Notes: generated from the letters alone by a model not told the origin. Positions 1-8,721 are shown, counted from the first letter of the stretch. The stretch: 64,000 nucleotides of DNA from Planctomycetota bacterium (GCA_038227045.1 JBBRQD010000009.1:14112-78111), one strand, 5' to 3'. A program made the numbers and translations.

Positions 1-1057
1 TGTCCCCAATTGCGGCACTTTTTGCGCCGGCCGCATAGCGGCACCCTTCGGCAAGTTCGGCCATCGTGTCCCAGTGTTCAACCGACGGACACGTGCTCAT
101 GATCAGCACGTCCGCTTTGTCTTTCGTCGCGGCCCGAACGCGATCCACGGCATCCTGCATTGTCGCCTCGAACATCTTGCCACGCATGCCCGAATTCCAA
201 TCGTTGCCGCCAAACCAGATCGTGACAAGATCCGGTTCCGGCGCCTCCTTCTGCCAGCGGGGAATCAGAATCATGTTCTGGCGCAACTCAGTCCCGCCCA
301 TCGCCGGATTGACAATCGTGACCTCGCTCTTGTACTTCGCGTGAAGTTTTTCTTTAAGCAGCGTCGGCCAATTAATGGGCTTGTTCGCCCAATGCGCATA
401 ATCGGTCAAGGAGTCGCCCATCGTCACAATAGTAATGGGCTTGCCGGCTTGAAGTTTCGCCAGCACGCGTTGAAGCGGCGTCGCGGTGTGTTGTGCAAGA
501 TCAGGGAGCGGTGGCATCATGGGCTCAAGTCGAATGTCGTCGATGGTATACGAATGCGCCGCATAATCGCGCCAGTACCACCACTTCCCAAACCAGAGAG
601 TCCCGAGTTTCGACGGCGCATTACCCTCTTTTCCGAGCGGCAAGGCTTTCGCATTGGAGGTCTCCGGAACAAAATCGCTCCACGGCACAAGAACCTTGGT
701 CCACTCGGTTCCACTAATTGGAAACGCAAACGCGTAGCGAATGCCATAGTCCTCGTTCCAGATGAATTCCATGCCGCCAAGATGATCCGACCCATCGCCT
801 TTGACCCAAAACGAAATGCCAGCCGCCGCATCCCAATCCGCAGCGCCCCTGATTTTACTGATCGCCGCCACATTCCGGCACTCTTTATCAAACGAAAACT
901 TAAGCGCCTTGCCGTCCTTGCCCTCAACGACTTCGATCGCGCACTTTTCCTTCGGCACTTGAAACGTCTGAGCATCCATCGAATCGAGCACGCGGGAATC
1001 GGCGGCGTGCAGCGCGGTTATTGAGCAGGCGACGATGCAGAGAGCGACATATTTCAT
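1..1057 (-). CDS. SGNH/GDSL-family hydrolase with N-terminal beta-sandwich domain (C-terminus beyond window edge)
   Basis: Absent from the ORF track because no stop codon lies in the window. My minus-strand translation from ATG 1057..1055 gives MKYVALCIVACSITALHAADS (signal peptide). It then shows ITIVTMGDSLTDY (block I), VNPAMGGTEL (block II) and IWFGGNDW (block III). The + ORF 74..1024 is Arg-rich antisense noise. Confidence 0.8.
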   Translation of the reverse strand, partial: MKYVALCIVACSITALHAADSRVLDSMDAQTFQVPKEKCAIEVVEGKDGKALKFSFDKECRNVAAISKIRGAADWDAAAGISFWVKGDGSDHLGGMEFIWNEDYGIRYAFAFPISGTEWTKVLVPWSDFVPETSNAKALPLGKEGNAPSKLGTLWFGKWWYWRDYAAHSYTIDDIRLEPMMPPLPDLAQHTATPLQRVLAKLQAGKPITIVTMGDSLTDYAHWANKPINWPTLLKEKLHAKYKSEVTIVNPAMGGTELRQNMILIPRWQKEAPEPDLVTIWFGGNDWNSGMRGKMFEATMQDAVDRVRAATKDKADVLIMSTCPSVEHWDTMAELAEGCRYAAGAKSAAIGD

Positions 1058-1159
1058 GCAAAAAACTCCGTTGAAAAGTGATGGATCCAAAAGAACGCAA
1101 ATCCGTGCTGGCTTGAAACGAATGTTCACGAATAATTCGAGCGCGTCGATCGCAATCAT

Positions 1160-1193
1160 GCATGGATTTGAATGGGTACATTCAAATCCGTGC
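1160..1193 (-). terminator. hairpin about 10 nt downstream of the oxidoreductase stop codon
   Basis: ggatttgaatg-ggta-cattcaaatcc forms an 11-bp perfect stem, extendable to about 15 bp. No U-tract follows, so terminator function is uncertain. Confidence 0.35.
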
Positions 1194-1203
1194 CACCCGC
1201 CAA

Positions 1204-2550
1204 CTACCCCTTAAACTCCCAACCCTTCCGATACTCGCGATGAATGAACTTGTCCGCCTCCGGCGCATTCGTCGCGCGCATGGCCTCAGCGTCCCATTCC
1301 AATTTCTTGCCCACGCGATACGCGACATTCCCAAGGTGATTGGCTTCGGTCAGCCACCCGGCGTATTGGAAATCCGCCAGGCTCTGCTTGCCGGATTTGC
1401 AGCCGTCGATCCATTCGGCGTAATGGCTGGACACGTGCGGAATCGTCGGATCCGGTTTCTTGAAATCGACGAACTGGTTTTCAGGCAGCAGCAGATACTT
1501 GCTGTAATCGGCCAGCAACATGCCTCGGTCGCCGATGAACAAAATGCCGTCACCCCATTTCGGAATGCCGCCCGATTTGAAAATCTCCGGCTTCTCGTCG
1601 CCCTGGTACCAAGTCAATTTCACCGCCGGCATGTCGCCGCGCGGACCGTATTCATAGACCGCGCGCATCGACGCCGGCGCAATCTCCGGATGGGGCGGGG
1701 GACCGAACGCTTCGACGGTGAGCGGCGCGCGCAGCTTCAGCGCCCAGAACGCCAGATCGTTGCGATGGCTGCCGAGATCACTCATCGTCCCATTTCCATA
1801 ATCCCACCAGCGATACCATTTCGGGCCGGGAACATAAATCGGATTGAACGGCCGCTCGACCGCCGGACCTTGCCACAAATCCCAGTCCAAACCATCCGGC
1901 ACCGGCGCGGATTCTTTCGGACGCTCCGTGACGGAGACGAGATCCTTGTTTTTCTTCGCGTCGTCGGCGCTCTGAAAACCCCACGCGCGCGAAACCCAGA
2001 CATGCGCTTCGCGCACGGGCCCGATCGCGTTGTGTTGAACCAATTCGACCACGCGGCGATACGTGTCACCCGCATGAATCTGGATGCCCATCTGAGTGGT
2101 TACGGTGGTCTTCGCCGCCGCCTCGCGAATTTTTCGCGCTTCGAAAATATTGTGAGTCAGCGGCTTTTCGCAATAGACATGCTTGCCGTGCTGCAGAGCC
2201 AGGATCGTCGCAAACGCGTGCGTGTGTTCGCAGGTGCTGATCACCACGGCGTCGAAGTCCTTCGCGTCGTCGAAGACTTTGCGGAAGTCCGAATACTTTT
2301 TCGCGTTCGGATATTTCGCCCCCTGAGCGTCAAGGGCCTTTGAATTGACGTCGCAGAGCGCCACGATGTTCTGCGATTCGACGCCCTTCAAATTCGATCC
2401 GCCGCGCCCGCCGGCGCCGATGATCGCAATGTTGAGTTTGTCGTTCTTCTCGTCCGACCGAACAAGCGACGGACGCAACGCCAAAGCCCCGGCAGCACAC
2501 AGCGCGGCTTTGGAAAACTGACGGCGAGAGAATGTTTTGCTGTGAGTCAT
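1204..2550 (-). CDS. Gfo/Idh/MocA-family oxidoreductase with Tat signal
   Basis: [25 protein letters not shown] is a twin-arginine signal. [12 protein letters not shown] is a Rossmann motif. I trimmed the start to ATG 2550, which has GGAGGC 8 nt upstream. The longer track ORF (to 2739) runs through intergenic repeats. Confidence 0.9.
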   Translation of the reverse strand: MTHSKTFSRRQFSKAALCAAGALALRPSLVRSDEKNDKLNIAIIGAGGRGGSNLKGVESQNIVALCDVNSKALDAQGAKYPNAKKYSDFRKVFDDAKDFDAVVISTCEHTHAFATILALQHGKHVYCEKPLTHNIFEARKIREAAAKTTVTTQMGIQIHAGDTYRRVVELVQHNAIGPVREAHVWVSRAWGFQSADDAKKNKDLVSVTERPKESAPVPDGLDWDLWQGPAVERPFNPIYVPGPKWYRWWDYGNGTMSDLGSHRNDLAFWALKLRAPLTVEAFGPPPHPEIAPASMRAVYEYGPRGDMPAVKLTWYQGDEKPEIFKSGGIPKWGDGILFIGDRGMLLADYSKYLLLPENQFVDFKKPDPTIPHVSSHYAEWIDGCKSGKQSLADFQYAGWLTEANHLGNVAYRVGKKLEWDAEAMRATNAPEADKFIHREYRKGWEFKG

Positions 2551-2607
2551 CACGATGCCTCCAGAAATATGGAAAATAAAACCACAAACGAACAAAGTCA
2601 TCGAATT

Positions 2608-2690
2608 CAGCTTGAGCCCTTTTAAAGGGTGCCACTGGTAGCGGCAGTTTGCAACCAGTGCCGAATCGGAAAAAGCGTGCCAAATTCCAA
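2608..2690 (+). repeat. REP-like hairpin element, family F6, copy A
   Basis: cagcttgagc..gggtgccactggtag-[core]-aaccagtgccgaatcgg..aaattcc. It matches copy B (inverted) and copy C at 7469..7553. Confidence 0.75.
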
Positions 2691-2741
2691 TCGATGCCTT
2701 CGCCGGCACTGAGGACTCCCAAGTGCCGACCGCGGCCAATG

Positions 2742-2820
2742 TGAAATTCTAAAGACCGTTCCCGATTCTCACTGGTAGCAAACTGCCGCTACCACTGGCA
2801 CCCAATTACTGCTCAAGCTG
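2742..2820 (-). repeat. REP-like hairpin element, family F6, copy B (inverted relative to A, giving a REPIN-like doublet)
   Basis: The reverse complement reads cagcttgagcagtaattgggtgccagtggtagcggcagtttgctaccagtgagaatcgggaacgg..gaatttca. Confidence 0.75.
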
Positions 2821-2852
2821 CATTCAAACACTTTTCTGCAATGCTGTATCTT

Positions 2853-2885
2853 CTTTGCGCCTTTGCGTCTCTGCGAGAGAAAAAA
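2853..2885 (+). repeat. short tandem CTTTGCGC-type array ending in GAGAGAAAA (family F1)
   Basis: ctttgcgcctttgcgtctctgcgagagaaaaaa. Similar arrays occur at 4657, 19794, 46271 and 49284. Confidence 0.7.
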
Positions 2886-3842
2886 TTACTTCCCGTCGCA
2901 AATCAAATCGAAACGTTTATTCAATTCGTCGAGCGGCAGATTGCCGCCTTCAATCGTGCCCCAACCATTATAGCCCGCTTCGTCGAGAGCCTTGCGCACC
3001 GCCGGCCATTCGACGCTGCCGTCGCGCAACTGCACGAAACTCTTCTTCCCCAAATCGTAGTCCTTCATGTGCAGTTTGATCAGCAGCCCCCCGAGCGCTT
3101 TGATCCAATCCTGCGGCGGAGCGAATTTCACATGGTTGCCGATATCGAAGTACGCTTTGACCCACGGATTCTTGAACGACGCGACGAAGTGTTTGTAAAT
3201 CTCCGGCTTGACCCAGAGATTGTTCCAGACGTTCTCAAGACCGATCACGATCTTCAATTCTTCGGCCAGCGGGATGAGTTTTTCAACCGCCGCGCGCGAG
3301 GTGTCGATGGCGATATTGTGCGCTTTGATATACTCCTCGTGAGGCGCGTTGTCGCCCTTGACGACGCTCTTGACGTGTCCATTGGCTTCGTCGAAATCGA
3401 TGACGATATCGGCAATCGCGGGCATGCCTTTGGCGTCGATGCGGCAGGGAACGAGCAGAATCGCGTCGGCGCCGTAAGCCTTCGCCGCGCGCAAACTCAG
3501 GCGCGCTTTTTCGAGGGTTGCGTCGACTTTTTTCGGATCGGGGCTGTTAAATTCCATCCAGCCGCGCAGCACGGAATGGACGCGCATGCCCAGTTTCTCG
3601 GCAATCTCCCGCCCCTTCGTGGCTTCCTCTTCCGCGCAGACATTCGTCGTCTCGACGCCCTCGAATCCGGCGGCTTTCAACGACGTCATCTGGGCTTCGG
3701 TAATTTTGCCCACCATCTGAGCTTTATGCAGCTTGGTCTTCAATTCGTCCGCGAAAGCGCGCGTGGACGGCAGCAGCGCGGAAGCGGCGGCGGCCGATGA
3801 AGCCGCCAAAAACGTGCGTCGGGATAACGGCAATGAGCGCAT
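2886..3842 (-). CDS. sugar phosphate isomerase/epimerase (xylose-isomerase-like TIM barrel) with Tat signal
   Basis: MRSLPLSRRTFLAASSAAAASALL is a Tat signal. The rest of the sequence has TIM-barrel family character. I set the start at ATG 3842, which is preceded by GAGGA. Confidence 0.88.
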   Translation of the reverse strand: MRSLPLSRRTFLAASSAAAASALLPSTRAFADELKTKLHKAQMVGKITEAQMTSLKAAGFEGVETTNVCAEEEATKGREIAEKLGMRVHSVLRGWMEFNSPDPKKVDATLEKARLSLRAAKAYGADAILLVPCRIDAKGMPAIADIVIDFDEANGHVKSVVKGDNAPHEEYIKAHNIAIDTSRAAVEKLIPLAEELKIVIGLENVWNNLWVKPEIYKHFVASFKNPWVKAYFDIGNHVKFAPPQDWIKALGGLLIKLHMKDYDLGKKSFVQLRDGSVEWPAVRKALDEAGYNGWGTIEGGNLPLDELNKRFDLICDGK

Positions 3843-3994
3843 TGGAAGTCCTCGATAAGGAGAGAGACAGCCATGCTCTTGAATTGCACGGCGCTCACTG
3901 CTTTTCAGTGCGTACACCGGCGGGTGAAACGTTTTCATGCGGATATGCGCAAAGCTTATGCGACATTGCGCAAAGGGCCGAGGACAGGATTTTT

Positions 3995-4158
3995 AGAGCA
4001 ACCGGACAAAACCCGCGTGCCGAGATTTCGAGCGCGACAGGTTCGGATGCGAGGCGCAGCGAAAAAGACGTATTGGGAAGATACGTCGTTTCGATGCAAC
4101 GAAGCAGACGGGCCTGTCCCGCCGAAATATCGGTGCGTGGGTTTTGTTCGGTTGCTCT
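3995..4158 (+). ncRNA. candidate structured sRNA: 164-nt rod-like hairpin
   Basis: 3995..4030 pairs with 4123..4158 at 35 of 36 positions. 4032..4050 pairs with 4104..4122. The apical hairpin is gacgtat-tgggaag-atacgtc. All six transition-type non-WC pairs are G:U on the + strand and would be A:C on the - strand. No family was recognised. Confidence 0.35.
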
Positions 4159-4604
4159 TAATAATCGTCGGAGCGGCGTTGCGCTTTAATGCGGCTGTGA
4201 GCCTTCTTGGAATCCAATCGCCGTTCGCGGCTGCCCGCGGAAGGGCGCGTCTTGCGCCGGACCTTCGGTTCTTTCATCGCGGCTTCGACAAACGCGCGCA
4301 GTTTTTCCATGCAGGCCATGCGATTGGCGTATTGCGATCGCTCGGCATCGGCCACGATCAGCAGATCGCCATCGACGGTCATGCGATTCTGCTGCGCGGT
4401 CTTGAGCCGATGGACAGCCGCGCCGGACATGCCAACCAGCGCTTCCGGGCGCACGCGCAATTCCGCCTTCGAATTGACCTTGTTGACATTCTGCCCGCCC
4501 GGCCCGCCGGAGCGCGCAAAATGCAAACGCAAATCGTCCGGCCGTGCACTCACGCCCGCCGCAATGGCGACTGATGACGAAGGTGGAGGCGCGGGATCTT
4601 CCAT
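4158..4604 (-). CDS. arfB: alternative ribosome-rescue factor ArfB (peptidyl-tRNA hydrolase, YaeJ family)
   Basis: It has the GGQ motif SGGPGGQNVNKVNSKAELR and a basic C-terminal tail KVRRKTRPSAGSRERRLDSKKAHSRIKAQRR. The start is chosen at internal ATG 4604, giving 148 aa. Confidence 0.85.
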   Translation of the reverse strand: MEDPAPPPSSSVAIAAGVSARPDDLRLHFARSGGPGGQNVNKVNSKAELRVRPEALVGMSGAAVHRLKTAQQNRMTVDGDLLIVADAERSQYANRMACMEKLRAFVEAAMKEPKVRRKTRPSAGSRERRLDSKKAHSRIKAQRRSDDY

Positions 4605-4656
4605 GCGCACACTATAGCTGAAACAAATCATTTTCCATTTCACATTTTCTACACTT

Positions 4657-4693
4657 CCTCTGCGCGCCTCTGCGCCCTCTGCGCGGTTAAAAA
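4657..4693 (+). repeat. CCTCTGCGC x3 tandem array (family F1 variant)
   Basis: cctctgcgcgcctctgcgccctctgcgcggttaaaaa lies in the divergent arfB/fbp intergenic region. Confidence 0.65.
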
Positions 4694-4762
4694 TCCAATT
4701 TGGGTTTCGCCAACCCACATCGATTTGAGTAAGATGCCCGTCCCCAAAAGGAGACGCCCACC

Positions 4763-6703
4763 ATGACTGAATCCACGGCCATTCCGCGCGAACTCGCCGG
4801 TCTGCGCATGCTCGCGAGGCAGTTCCCGAATGTCGATTCCACGCTCGCGGAGATCGCCCGCCTTTCAGCCGAATTGACTCTCCCCAAAGGCACCGTGCAC
4901 GTCATCAGCGACGTTCACGGCGAAGCCAAAAAACTGCGCCATATCATCAACAACGCGTCGGGCACGCTGCGCCCACTGGCCGAGAGCCTCTTCGCCGGGC
5001 GCATGGACGCGAAACAGTTTCAGGATTTCCTCAACCTCGTTTTTTATCCGCATGAATTCAGCGAACGGCTCGAGGCCAGCTTGAGCGATCCGCAGGCGCT
5101 CTGCCTGTTCGCGCAACGCGTGCTGTCCGACATGTTCGAAGTGCTGCGCGTGCTCTGCCGGCGCTATCCGATGAATTACGCCGTCGCCGTTTTCCCCGTG
5201 GAATACCGCGATCTGTTCATTGAAATCCTGCACCAGCCGAGCATGGACCACGGACAGGAATACATCGCCGCGGTCGTCGAAGACATGACGCGCCGCGGCC
5301 GCGTGATGCAGTTGATTCAACACACTTCGCGCGCGATTCGCAAACTCGCGGTCAGCGAAATCGTGCTCGACGGCGATTGCTGGGACCGCGGCCCGCGCGG
5401 CGATCTCGTCGTCGATTATTTGATGAAGCAACTGCGCGTCGCGTTCGTCTGGGGCAATCACGACACCGCCTGGTTCGGCGCCGCGCTGGGACACGACGCG
5501 CTGATCGCCCACGTGCTGCGCCTGTCGCTGCGCTACCGCCGCCTGTCGCAGTTGGAAGAAGGTTACGGGATCACGCTTCAGCCGCTCGAACACCTCGTTC
5601 GCACCGTGTACGGCGACGACCCGGCGGCGAGCTTTGCGCTGAAAGGCACCGGCTTGCGCGACACGGTGACGATGCAGCGGATGCAGAAAGCCGCCGCGAT
5701 CATGCAGTTCAAGCTCGAAGGCCAGATGATCGCGCGCAATCCGGAATGGGAGATGGACCACCGCCGGTTGATGCACCACATCGATCTCAAAGCCGGTACG
5801 ATTGAAATCGACGGCACGAATTACCCTTTGAAAGACACACATTGGCCGACCGTCGATCCATCAAATCCTTACGAACTGTCCGACGACGAAAAGAAGTGCA
5901 TGGCGCGCATCCGCGAATCGTTCCTGCGGAGCGAGAAACTCACCGGCCACGTCACGCACATGATCTCCAATGGAAGCATGTACGTCACGCGCGACGACCA
6001 CCTGATTTTCCACGGCTGCGTGCCGGTCGACGAACAAGGCAAGTTCCTGCCAATGACCGTCGATGGCCAGCCCTACACCGGCCGCGCGCTCTTCGAAGCC
6101 ATCGAACGCGTCGTCTCGCGAGTGCCGGAGAAAAAGGCGCTCAAGGATCTCGACCTGCTCTGGTATCTCTGGAGCGGCCCGCGCTCGCCGCTCTTCGGCA
6201 AAGACCGCATCACGACGCTCGAATCCTCGTTGATCGAAGACAAGGCGACCCATCACGAAACCAAGAATCCGTACTTCAGGCTGATCCACGAAAAAGGATT
6301 CTGCGACACGATACTCGCCGAATTCGGGATGAACACGGAGCGCGGCCTGATCGTCAACGGGCACGTCCCGGTCAAAGTCGAAAAAGGCGAAGATCCCGTC
6401 AAGCGCAGCGGCAAGGCCATCACCATCGACGGCGCATTCTCCGAAGCCTACGGCGATCACGGTTACACGCTGGTGCTGGAAGCGGGCCAAACCTATCTGG
6501 CCGAACACAGCCATTTCGAATCGGTCGAAGCCGCGCTGCGCGACGGAGTGGACATCATCCCCAAAATAACCGCGATCCGAAAATGGGAGCGCCCGCGCCG
6601 TGTGGCGGACACCGAACGCGGCTTGCTGATTCGCGCGGAGATCGAATTGCTGGAGAAATTGGCCGACGCCTATCAGTTGAACGCATTGCGGGAAATACGC
6701 TGA
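4763..6703 (+). CDS. fbp: fructose-1,6-bisphosphatase, class 3
   Basis: The 646-aa length is typical of class III FBPase. Metallophosphoesterase motifs VHVISDVHGE and FVWGNHD are present. AAGGAG lies 7 nt upstream of the ATG. Confidence 0.9.
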   Translation: MTESTAIPRELAGLRMLARQFPNVDSTLAEIARLSAELTLPKGTVHVISDVHGEAKKLRHIINNASGTLRPLAESLFAGRMDAKQFQDFLNLVFYPHEFSERLEASLSDPQALCLFAQRVLSDMFEVLRVLCRRYPMNYAVAVFPVEYRDLFIEILHQPSMDHGQEYIAAVVEDMTRRGRVMQLIQHTSRAIRKLAVSEIVLDGDCWDRGPRGDLVVDYLMKQLRVAFVWGNHDTAWFGAALGHDALIAHVLRLSLRYRRLSQLEEGYGITLQPLEHLVRTVYGDDPAASFALKGTGLRDTVTMQRMQKAAAIMQFKLEGQMIARNPEWEMDHRRLMHHIDLKAGTIEIDGTNYPLKDTHWPTVDPSNPYELSDDEKKCMARIRESFLRSEKLTGHVTHMISNGSMYVTRDDHLIFHGCVPVDEQGKFLPMTVDGQPYTGRALFEAIERVVSRVPEKKALKDLDLLWYLWSGPRSPLFGKDRITTLESSLIEDKATHHETKNPYFRLIHEKGFCDTILAEFGMNTERGLIVNGHVPVKVEKGEDPVKRSGKAITIDGAFSEAYGDHGYTLVLEAGQTYLAEHSHFESVEAALRDGVDIIPKITAIRKWERPRRVADTERGLLIRAEIELLEKLADAYQLNALREIR

Positions 6704-6728
6704 ATCGAATCAATCGAGGGAAATCGTC

Positions 6729-7451
6729 ATGCGGACCGAGTTGAATGCGTGGATGGCGGGATGGGCGTGCATGGTAGCCCTGTCCGCGCACACGGGCGAA
6801 CCTGGCAAACCAGAGGCACCGGACAACGGCTTGGTGGTAATTAATAAAGGAATAACGGGCGTAAACAGCACGTCGCTCCGGGATGCCTTCGAACGCGATG
6901 TGCTCAATGCCAAACCCGACATGGTGCTCATCTATATTGGCATCAACGATTCGCTCAACAATGGTTTTTTCGTTCCGCTCGACAAGTATATCGAAAACGT
7001 AAATTCAATGATTGAACGGGCGCAAGCCGCCGGAATCAAGCCGGTCGTCTGCACAATTCATCATCTGGATTTAACGAAAACGAATCTGTTCGGACGCCGC
7101 GAACCGTTTCCCGACGAAACTCCCGGCGAACGAGTCGACCGCTACAATGCCGCGATTCGAAAACTGGCCGCCGACCGCAAAATCCCGGTCGCCGATTTCG
7201 AAGCCGCCACCGCCAAGTTGAAAAAAGAAGAATTTCTAAGTTCCGACGGGTGCCATCTGATTCCGGCCGGCAATCAACTCCTGGCCAAAACATTCTTCGG
7301 CATCATCGCCCCCTCGCTCAAGGGCGGTGAGAAGATCGTCTGCATCGGAGACAGCATTACCTTCGGCTACCAGAACCCCGGCGCGGGCACATCCACGGGC
7401 GAAACATATCCAGCCAAATTAAAACAACAGCCAATCCCCTCCAAAAAGTAG
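6729..7451 (+). CDS. SGNH hydrolase with permuted motif order (blocks II-III-V-I)
   Basis: After a signal peptide come VVINKGITGVNST (block II), LIYIGINDS (block III) and DGCHLIPAGNQLLA (block V). The canonical block I, KIVCIGDSITFGY, appears only about 30 aa from the C-terminus. Confidence 0.8.
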   Translation: MRTELNAWMAGWACMVALSAHTGEPGKPEAPDNGLVVINKGITGVNSTSLRDAFERDVLNAKPDMVLIYIGINDSLNNGFFVPLDKYIENVNSMIERAQAAGIKPVVCTIHHLDLTKTNLFGRREPFPDETPGERVDRYNAAIRKLAADRKIPVADFEAATAKLKKEEFLSSDGCHLIPAGNQLLAKTFFGIIAPSLKGGEKIVCIGDSITFGYQNPGAGTSTGETYPAKLKQQPIPSKK

Positions 7452-7468
7452 GAGGGAGCCATCGAACA

Positions 7469-7553
7469 CAGTTTGAGCAGTATTATTGGGTGCCACTGGT
7501 AGACATGTACCCATGTCTACCAGTGCGAATCGGAAACGCCCGTCTGAATTTCA
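7469..7553 (+). repeat. REP-like hairpin element, family F6, copy C
   Basis: cagtttgagcagtattattgggtgccactggtagacatg-tacc-catgtctaccagtgcgaatcggaaacg..gaatttca has a 14-bp perfect stem. It lies between convergent gene ends. Confidence 0.75.
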
Positions 7554-7566
7554 AAACGGTCACGGC

Positions 7567-8721
7567 CTACGGTATCGCCATCACCAATCGCAACCCCACA
7601 TTCTTTTCATGAACCGCGGCGTTATTGCTTCCGCGATGGGCCGATTGGCAGCGCTCTGACGGATCCTGCCATGATCCTCCGCGCGTGACGCGTTCCTCCA
7701 CATTCAGCGATTTGTCGAAGTGATCCATGCACCACTGCCGCACGTTCCCGTGCATATCGTAAAGTCCGAATGCGTTCGGCTCTTTCTCTCCAACTGGGTG
7801 CGTGGTCTTGCCGCTGTTCCCTTCGTACCACGCGGCGCGATTCAAATCGGCCTCCGTGTCGCCCGAATAAAAAAGCGTGCGCGTTCCGGCCCGGCACGCA
7901 AACTCCCATTGCTCCTCGGTCGGCAACTCCAGCACCGGCTCGCTCTGCCCGTTTGCCTTGAGCAACTCGCCCGCCTTTTTGCAATAGTCGCGCGCGTTGT
8001 ACCACGTCACGCGCTCCACTGGATTTTGGCCCCCTTTGAACCAGCCCGCGTTGCGTCCAACAACCGCCTCATACTGCTCCTGAGTAACGGAATATTTTCC
8101 CATATAAAACGGACGCGCTAGTGCGACGTTGCGCGCCGGCCGTTCGTTTTCATGCGTGAGAAAATACTCCTTCTGCGCATCGCTCCAGCGCGCATCTTCG
8201 ACGAGCGCCAGCCGCACGCGCGCGATTCCGCCCATGACCAGCCCCCAGGCCAGCGTCATTGCCAGCAATCCGCGCAGCGAAAACGATACCTTGCCCTTTC
8301 GAAACGCATTGATCGCCAAAGCAATAATCAGCGCAGCCACCGCGACGCAACCGCATACGAGAAGCAAGAGTGCGCCATCAAATGTAATGTCAGAATGCGC
8401 CGGACCCTCCGAACCCATCCTGAATTTTCCGGCGGGAATCAGCACAAAATCCATCTGAACTTTATCGCTGAGTTTCAATTGCCGGGTCGGCGGCAGATGC
8501 GCGCGCTTCGCGTAGTTCTCGACAGTCTCTCGCCCGTCCCAGAAGGGATAGGAATGAGCATCTTCAACCGCGACAATTCCGGCGCTGTTTAGAAATAGCA
8601 AAGCGACAAGAAGCATCTCCCTGGCGTTGCGCACTGGCCGAAATTCGGACGGCTCAGGATCGGCTTCTTCTCGCGTCGCGCCCCCCCTTTGCATCGCAAA
8701 TTCAGTAATACGTATCCACAT
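7567..8721 (-). CDS. formylglycine-generating-enzyme (SUMF1/EgtB/PvdO) family protein with internal two-TM insertion
   Basis: FVLIPAGKFRMGS...RPFYMGKYSVTQEQY...NAFGLYDMHGNVRQWC...RGGSWQD. The start is uncertain. ATG 8616 would give a signal-like N-terminus, MLLVALLFLNSAG. Confidence 0.78.
   Translation of the reverse strand: MWIRITEFAMQRGGATREEADPEPSEFRPVRNAREMLLVALLFLNSAGIVAVEDAHSYPFWDGRETVENYAKRAHLPPTRQLKLSDKVQMDFVLIPAGKFRMGSEGPAHSDITFDGALLLLVCGCVAVAALIIALAINAFRKGKVSFSLRGLLAMTLAWGLVMGGIARVRLALVEDARWSDAQKEYFLTHENERPARNVALARPFYMGKYSVTQEQYEAVVGRNAGWFKGGQNPVERVTWYNARDYCKKAGELLKANGQSEPVLELPTEEQWEFACRAGTRTLFYSGDTEADLNRAAWYEGNSGKTTHPVGEKEPNAFGLYDMHGNVRQWCMDHFDKSLNVEERVTRGGSWQDPSERCQSAHRGSNNAAVHEKNVGLRLVMAIP

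Noticed and set aside
74-1024. 316-aa + strand ORF at the window start
   Set aside because: The composition is Arg/His-rich with no motifs. The opposite strand encodes a clean SGNH hydrolase with a signal peptide and blocks I-III.
1164-1197. tRNA-like TTCAAATCC sequence near 1181
   Set aside because: There is no complementary T-stem, acceptor stem or anticodon arm. The sequence is one arm of a simple hairpin downstream of a gene.
1162-2343. 393-aa + ORF antisense to the Gfo/Idh/MocA gene. The same type occurs at 4865..5842, 11007..12227, 14482..15852, 26849..27829, 34016..35188, 44612..45700, 46410..48056, 49358..50212, 58774..59634, 60116..61072 and 62671..63924
   Set aside because: These are typical high-GC antisense open frames. 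They are rich in Arg, Ala, Gly and His, have no recognisable motifs or SD sequences, and each fully overlaps a gene with strong family signatures.
2790-2812. Sigma-54 promoter candidates: TGGCAC at 2795, TGGCAT..TGCT at 9716, TGGCACTCG at 31574 and TGGACA..GCTTG at about 36410
   Set aside because: In each case the GG-to-GC spacing is 9 or 12 nt rather than 10, or the -12 TTGC element is missing. None is convincing without a PWM scan.
3995-4158. SRP (4.5S) RNA assignment for the rod-like hairpin
   Set aside because: The apical loop is a 7-nt tgggaag, not a GNRA tetraloop flanked by the conserved domain-IV loops. GAAGCAGAC at 4101..4109 resembles the SRP motif only superficially and lies far from the apex.
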